A stretch of DNA of 16,608 nt from a virus. Below the pieces are notes generated by a model. It worked only from the letters and a program-made list of their open reading frames with translations. It had not been told where the DNA came from and did no database searches. Below are positions 13,326 through 16,608 of this stretch, piece by piece. The DNA is taken from IMG/VR virus record IMGVR_UViG_3300037473_000239, positions 1-16,608 of that record; one strand, given 5' to 3'. Position 1 is the first letter of the stretch; each line of letters opens with the position of its first letter. Both the position numbers and the translations under genes were made by a program.

Positions 13326-13559
13326 GTGAAGCACATCAACTTCAACCTCCCCTTCGGCGCGCGGACCGACATGCGCGTCAAGCAGGACAGCGCCCTCAGC
13401 CGCGCCCACGACATCGCCGCAGCAGCCGAAAAGCTCAGCCTCGAAGTCGCCGACCTCGGAGACCGCGTCACCACCATCACCGCATCACTCAAGGCGCACC
13501 ACGTCGCCATCGCCGACCTGGTGCAAATGCTCACCGACGAAGCCGACGACCAGGAATAA
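13326..13559 (+). CDS. Hypothetical 77 aa helical protein, paralog A, with C-terminal LTDEADDQE
   Basis: GTG start preceded by GAAGGAG-N8. The sequence is predicted to be helical or coiled-coil. Its 3' 30 nt are identical to the 3' end of the next gene. Confidence 0.55.
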   Translation: MKHINFNLPFGARTDMRVKQDSALSRAHDIAAAAEKLSLEVADLGDRVTTITASLKAHHVAIADLVQMLTDEADDQE

Positions 13560-13569
13560 GGGAGAGATC

Positions 13570-13803
13570 ATGCGCACCGAAACCCGCACCGCTCTGGAGT
13601 TGCACAAGGAGCACCTGACTGGCTGCGTCGAACGGCTCCGGACCGAACTGGAGAAGGACACGGCGCAGTGGACTGATCGCCTCGCGAGGCGGACCGGAGA
13701 TTTGGCCGATGCTGAGGCTCAGTTGGCTGCAATCACCGCCGACCTCGATGAGCCTTCGACCGTCGTCACCACGCTCACCGACGAAGCCGACGACCAGGAA
13801 TAG
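13570..13803 (+). CDS. Hypothetical 77 aa helical protein, paralog B, with C-terminal LTDEADDQE
   Basis: ATG preceded by GGGAGAG. It is the same length as paralog A and has the same last 9 residues. The body is coiled-coil-like (LRTELEKDTAQWTDRLARRTGDLADAEAQLAAI). Confidence 0.55.
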   Translation: MRTETRTALELHKEHLTGCVERLRTELEKDTAQWTDRLARRTGDLADAEAQLAAITADLDEPSTVVTTLTDEADDQE

Positions 13804-13808
13804 CCGCC

Positions 13809-14075
13809 ATGAGCAAGGCATGGGCCGGAGGCAGCGACACACGCTGGCGTCGCTTCCGGCTCACCATCCTGGAGAGAGACCGATGGCTCTGCACACTCAA
13901 GCTGGACGTCTGCACCACAACAGCCCAGCACGTACACCACGTCATCCCGCTGGCCAGGGGCGGAGCCAAGTACGACCCGGGCAACTGCACCAGCGCATGC
14001 GCAGCGTGCAACCTCAAGCTCGGCGACAGAGCACCGACACCACAACCCGAACCACGACCCACATCCTCATGGTGA
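13809..14075 (+). CDS. HNH endonuclease (packaging-associated type)
   Basis: 88 aa. The beta-beta-alpha-metal motif has paired cysteines: WLCTLKLDVC...HVHHVIPLARGG...DPGNCTSACAACN. Confidence 0.85.
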   Translation: MSKAWAGGSDTRWRRFRLTILERDRWLCTLKLDVCTTTAQHVHHVIPLARGGAKYDPGNCTSACAACNLKLGDRAPTPQPEPRPTSSW

Positions 14076-14161
14076 TCGACTGGGCACCCACGTTCCTGCC
14101 CGCACTCATCCTCTGCGCCCTCGGATTCCGATGGGGCACGGAATTCGTCGTGACCTTCTGA
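14069..14161 (+). CDS. Possible 30 aa hydrophobic micro-ORF (very tentative)
   Basis: The ATG overlaps the HNH stop (ATGGTGA). It encodes MVIDWAPTFLPALILCALGFRWGTEFVVTF, which would form one TM-like helix. There is no independent support. Confidence 0.2.
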   Translation: MVIDWAPTFLPALILCALGFRWGTEFVVTF

Positions 14162-14228
14162 AAAGTTGACGGGCTGTGGCCCACCGAACACCCGCTGATC
14201 TGTTTTTTTGTGTGCGAGTTTCCCCAGC

Positions 14229-15743
14229 TCAGGCGGCCGGACCGAGCTTCTTGATTCCGCGGGCCAGGTGCACTGCGGCGGCCATGCCGTACACGGTGTC
14301 AATCGGGGCCTTGCCGCGCCGCGCGAATCGCCATCCATCGCCCTGTGGTAGCTGCTGGGCCTGCTTTACCTGCTCGTTCATGAGCGGGTCGTGGGCGTGG
14401 CGGAACTGCCCGGCGGCAACCTGCTCTTCTAGGCCCATGCAGGCGCGTACGACGTCCTCGGCGCGGATGGGTTCGAGGAGGACGTTGCGGATTCGCTTGG
14501 TGGCGAATTCGTCGGCTACGGACTGAGCCGGCCCACCGGCGATCCAGCCGACCTTGCGTGGCTTGATGCGCTCGACCCATCCGGGCAGGTCACGGCGCAG
14601 CTCCTTCCGGCATTCGTAGCCGTTCCACGCTGCCACGACCTCACCCCAGACGAGGTCGCCGACCTTGACGGCGGCCAGGAGGCTTGCGTGGGAGTAGTCC
14701 TGCGCAACCTCGAAGGTCAGCGCCACCTCGCGGCGGTGATTGGCCAGGTCGATGAAGTCGGCCCGCTGGACGCCGCAGGCGTTCCAGTCCTCCAGCCGGA
14801 TCGCCGCCTTCAGCAGATCGACGCGCTGGCACATGATTTCGATCTTGAACCGGGCCAGGGTCTCGCCCCCGGCGGCTATCGCGACCCTGGCTTGCCCGAG
14901 GAGCGCATCCAGTTCGATCCCGTCCCCCAGGCTCGGGTTGGCCTGTGCGAGCGCGTCCACGTCGTCAGGGTCGGTCCCGGTGGGCGCGCTCCACGCGGCC
15001 AGGAAGACTCGCTGATCCCCCTCGCCGGTGAGGATGGTTGCATGCGCCGCGTCGTATTCCTCGTGCAGCACAACGGATTCGGCGTCGCCCTCGTTCGAGA
15101 TGCACACCAGAAGGCCGTCGGGTACCGCGTTCTGGGCGGGCACGATCGCATCCCACGTGTCGCGGTTCCGGTGCTCGCGCAACTCGTCCAGGAGCGCCCG
15201 GTCCACCGTGTCACCGCGCCCGGCCCGGCGGGTCGGGGCCGAGAAGCGGTAGTGGGAGCCGTAGTCGTTCCAGAAGTCCTCTTCGCCGATCTGTAGCGCG
15301 GTGTGTCGGGACGGCAGGGCGGCGGCCAGCACCTCGGTCCGCTCGGCCATCTCGACGACCTTCTTCCATGACCGCTTGGCGGCGGCCCGGTCGGTGGAGG
15401 TCGCCACGATTTCCGTGACCCGCTCGACGAACATCCAGTAGAGGATCAGCAGCCGGGTAAAGAGGGTCTTCCCGTTCTGCCGGGCGATCAGGATGATCGC
15501 CTTCCGGTAGCGGGGGGACCCGTCTGGGAACAGCTCGCCCAGCCGGATGGCCAGGCGGTGCTGCCATTCGCGCAGCGGCCAGCCGATCAGCGTGCAGAAG
15601 TCGGAGAAGTGGTAGCCCCAGGAAGACTCAGGGTTGGTCCAGAGGTCGTCACGTAGCGGTGGCGTGACCGTCGTCGGCTCGACGCTGCCCAGCACGGGCG
15701 CGCCGGGCAGCAAGCTGGTCCAGAGGGTTTCCGGCTGGGACAT
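14229..15743 (-). CDS. terL: Terminase large subunit (Terminase_1 / HK97-like family)
   Basis: 504 aa on the minus strand. It has Walker A (IARQNGKT), Walker B (RALLDELRE) and a C-terminal nuclease-like region. A strong RBS (GGAGGTGAAGG) precedes the ATG at 15743. Confidence 0.92.
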   Translation of the reverse strand: MSQPETLWTSLLPGAPVLGSVEPTTVTPPLRDDLWTNPESSWGYHFSDFCTLIGWPLREWQHRLAIRLGELFPDGSPRYRKAIILIARQNGKTLFTRLLILYWMFVERVTEIVATSTDRAAAKRSWKKVVEMAERTEVLAAALPSRHTALQIGEEDFWNDYGSHYRFSAPTRRAGRGDTVDRALLDELREHRNRDTWDAIVPAQNAVPDGLLVCISNEGDAESVVLHEEYDAAHATILTGEGDQRVFLAAWSAPTGTDPDDVDALAQANPSLGDGIELDALLGQARVAIAAGGETLARFKIEIMCQRVDLLKAAIRLEDWNACGVQRADFIDLANHRREVALTFEVAQDYSHASLLAAVKVGDLVWGEVVAAWNGYECRKELRRDLPGWVERIKPRKVGWIAGGPAQSVADEFATKRIRNVLLEPIRAEDVVRACMGLEEQVAAGQFRHAHDPLMNEQVKQAQQLPQGDGWRFARRGKAPIDTVYGMAAAVHLARGIKKLGPAA

Positions 15744-15972
15744 CCTTCACCTCCCCGCGATGCGCGGCGGCCCGCGACCGGGGACTCATCTGCAACGCCT
15801 CCAGGGCGGCGAGGAGCGCTCCGGCGGTCCGGTAGTCCGCCTCGTCCTCGTCGATGCGCAGCGCGAGCGTCAGGGCAAGCTCAGCGGTCGCGACGTCGCT
15901 CGGAGCCGGTGGCTTCGCGGTTAGGGCAGCACGCACCGCCTTCTCCAGTGACCCCGCTCGCCGATACGTCAT
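15649..15972 (-). CDS. terS: Terminase small subunit (putative)
   Basis: 107 aa immediately upstream of terL on the minus strand. The text ELALTLALRIDEDE...LLAALEALQMSPRSR...NPLDQLAARRARAG resembles actinophage small terminases. The ATG at 15972 is preferred over 15999 because the 9 extra codons have poor GC3 and lie in the palindrome. The gene overlaps terL by 95 nt. Confidence 0.65.
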   Translation of the reverse strand: MTYRRAGSLEKAVRAALTAKPPAPSDVATAELALTLALRIDEDEADYRTAGALLAALEALQMSPRSRAAAHRGEVKDVPAGNPLDQLAARRARAGQRRADDGHATAT

Positions 15973-15985
15973 GAATGCAGCGTAC

Positions 15986-16001
15986 CTATGTACGTACATA
16001 G
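15986..16001. promoter_or_regulatory. Perfect 16 bp palindrome CTATGTACGTACATAG in the divergent terS/portal spacer; candidate operator
   Basis: The sequence equals its own reverse complement. It is flanked by TANNNT hexamers: AGCGTA at 15979-15984 (TACGCT on the minus strand, 6 nt before the terS ATG) and TAGCAT at 16007-16012 (7 nt before the portal ATG). Confidence 0.5.
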
Positions 16002-16019
16002 TGAGGTAGCATCGGCACT

Positions 16020-16608
16020 ATGAGGTGGCCGTGGTCGCGTCGGGCTGAGCAGCCCGCGAACACGTCGCTGTCCATCGCCGACCCCGCGCTGGCCGCCCTG
16101 TTCTCCCCTGGCTGCGTCGTAGACCTGGCCGGGGTAGAGGTGGGGGAGCAGTCCGCTCTCGGCCTCAGCGCCCTTTTCCGGGGCGTCTCGCTGATCTCCG
16201 GCACCCTCGCCTCGCTGCCGCTGCGGTCGCTGAACCTCGACGATTCCGGTGCGCCGCAACAGGTTCCGTCGGTTTTCGACGACCCGGACGGGCCGGACGG
16301 CCAGACGCCGTACGAGTGGAAAGAGACCCTGTTCGCGCACCTGGTGATTCACGGCCGGGCCGGAGCGCTGAGGGTCCGCAACGAGGCTGGCGGCATGGCC
16401 CGTCTGGCGCTGGTGCACCCGCTGTGCTTCTACCCGGAGCAGCCGACGCAGGAGGAGTACCGGACGGGCAGGCTGCCTGCGGGCGGGCTGTGGTTCCGGG
16501 TCAGCTTCGCCGACGGCACGCAGCGGAAGCTCGACGCTACCGACTTCTGGTACGTGCCCGCCCTGGCGATGACGCCCGGGTTCGGGCAGGGCCTGATGCA
16601 GCTTGCTC
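16020..16608 (+). CDS. Phage portal protein, N-terminal part. It is 3'-partial in the window and continues at nt 1 (128 in non-redundant numbering).
   Basis: ATG at 16020, with the frame open to the window end. The text EQSALGLSALFRGVSLISGTLASLPLRS is typical of portal N-termini. The last 127 nt duplicate the window start. Confidence 0.85.
   Translation, partial: MRWPWSRRAEQPANTSLSIADPALAALFSPGCVVDLAGVEVGEQSALGLSALFRGVSLISGTLASLPLRSLNLDDSGAPQQVPSVFDDPDGPDGQTPYEWKETLFAHLVIHGRAGALRVRNEAGGMARLALVHPLCFYPEQPTQEEYRTGRLPAGGLWFRVSFADGTQRKLDATDFWYVPALAMTPGFGQGLMQLA
16482..16608. repeat. 127 bp terminal overlap identical to 1-127 (circularisation signature of the contig)
   Basis: A base-by-base comparison of both ends shows they are identical. 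The repeat lies inside the portal reading frame and preserves the frame. Confidence 0.95.

Noticed and set aside
14176-15418. Plus-strand ORFs antisense to terL (14176-14526, 14688-15296, 15038-15418), which would restore co-orientation with the other genes
   Set aside because: The minus-strand translation carries unambiguous terminase motifs (ARQNGKT, LLDELRE) and a strong RBS. The plus-strand translations are low-complexity shadows.
14162-16019. Terminase segment considered as a recombinase-invertible (Gin/Hin-like) cassette
   Set aside because: I found no inverted repeats between the left (14162-14228) and right (15973-16019) boundaries, and the only recombinase is a large serine integrase. 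There is no sequence support for programmed inversion.

Overview
The window is visibly GC-rich (roughly two-thirds G+C by eye, not computed), with the strong third-position G/C bias typical of actinobacteria. Its first 127 nt (1-127) are identical to its last 127 nt (16482-16608), and this overlap falls inside one open reading frame, the portal gene. The window is therefore best read as a complete circular element of 16,481 bp opened inside the portal gene.

The content is a miniature temperate siphovirus-like genome of about 25 genes.
- Plus-strand virion module: HK97-type portal, ClpP-like prohead protease, HK97-fold major capsid protein, neck proteins, major tail protein, and a tail-chaperone pair with a putative frameshift. 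These are followed by a gp10-like protein, a very short tape measure protein (321 aa), an ~870 aa tail-tip protein ending in a carbohydrate-binding module (CBM)-like domain, a second minor tail protein and a 2-TM holin-like protein.
- Small acidic minus-strand ORF in a moron-like position.
- Helix-turn-helix (HTH) gene plus a large serine integrase.
- Early operon with a winged-HTH (wHTH) initiator-like gene whose coding sequence carries an iteron array plus an AT-rich repeat block, resembling lambda ori inside gene O. It also holds two paralogous 77 aa proteins with identical acidic tails and an HNH endonuclease.
- terS-terL pair on the minus strand, divergent from the portal gene across a 47 bp spacer containing a perfect 16 bp palindrome.

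I could not recognise an endolysin, a CI-type repressor or any replication enzyme. Most other long ORFs in the six-frame track are Arg/Pro/Gly-rich shadow frames of these genes. All functional calls come from motifs I recognised by eye, and no database search was run.
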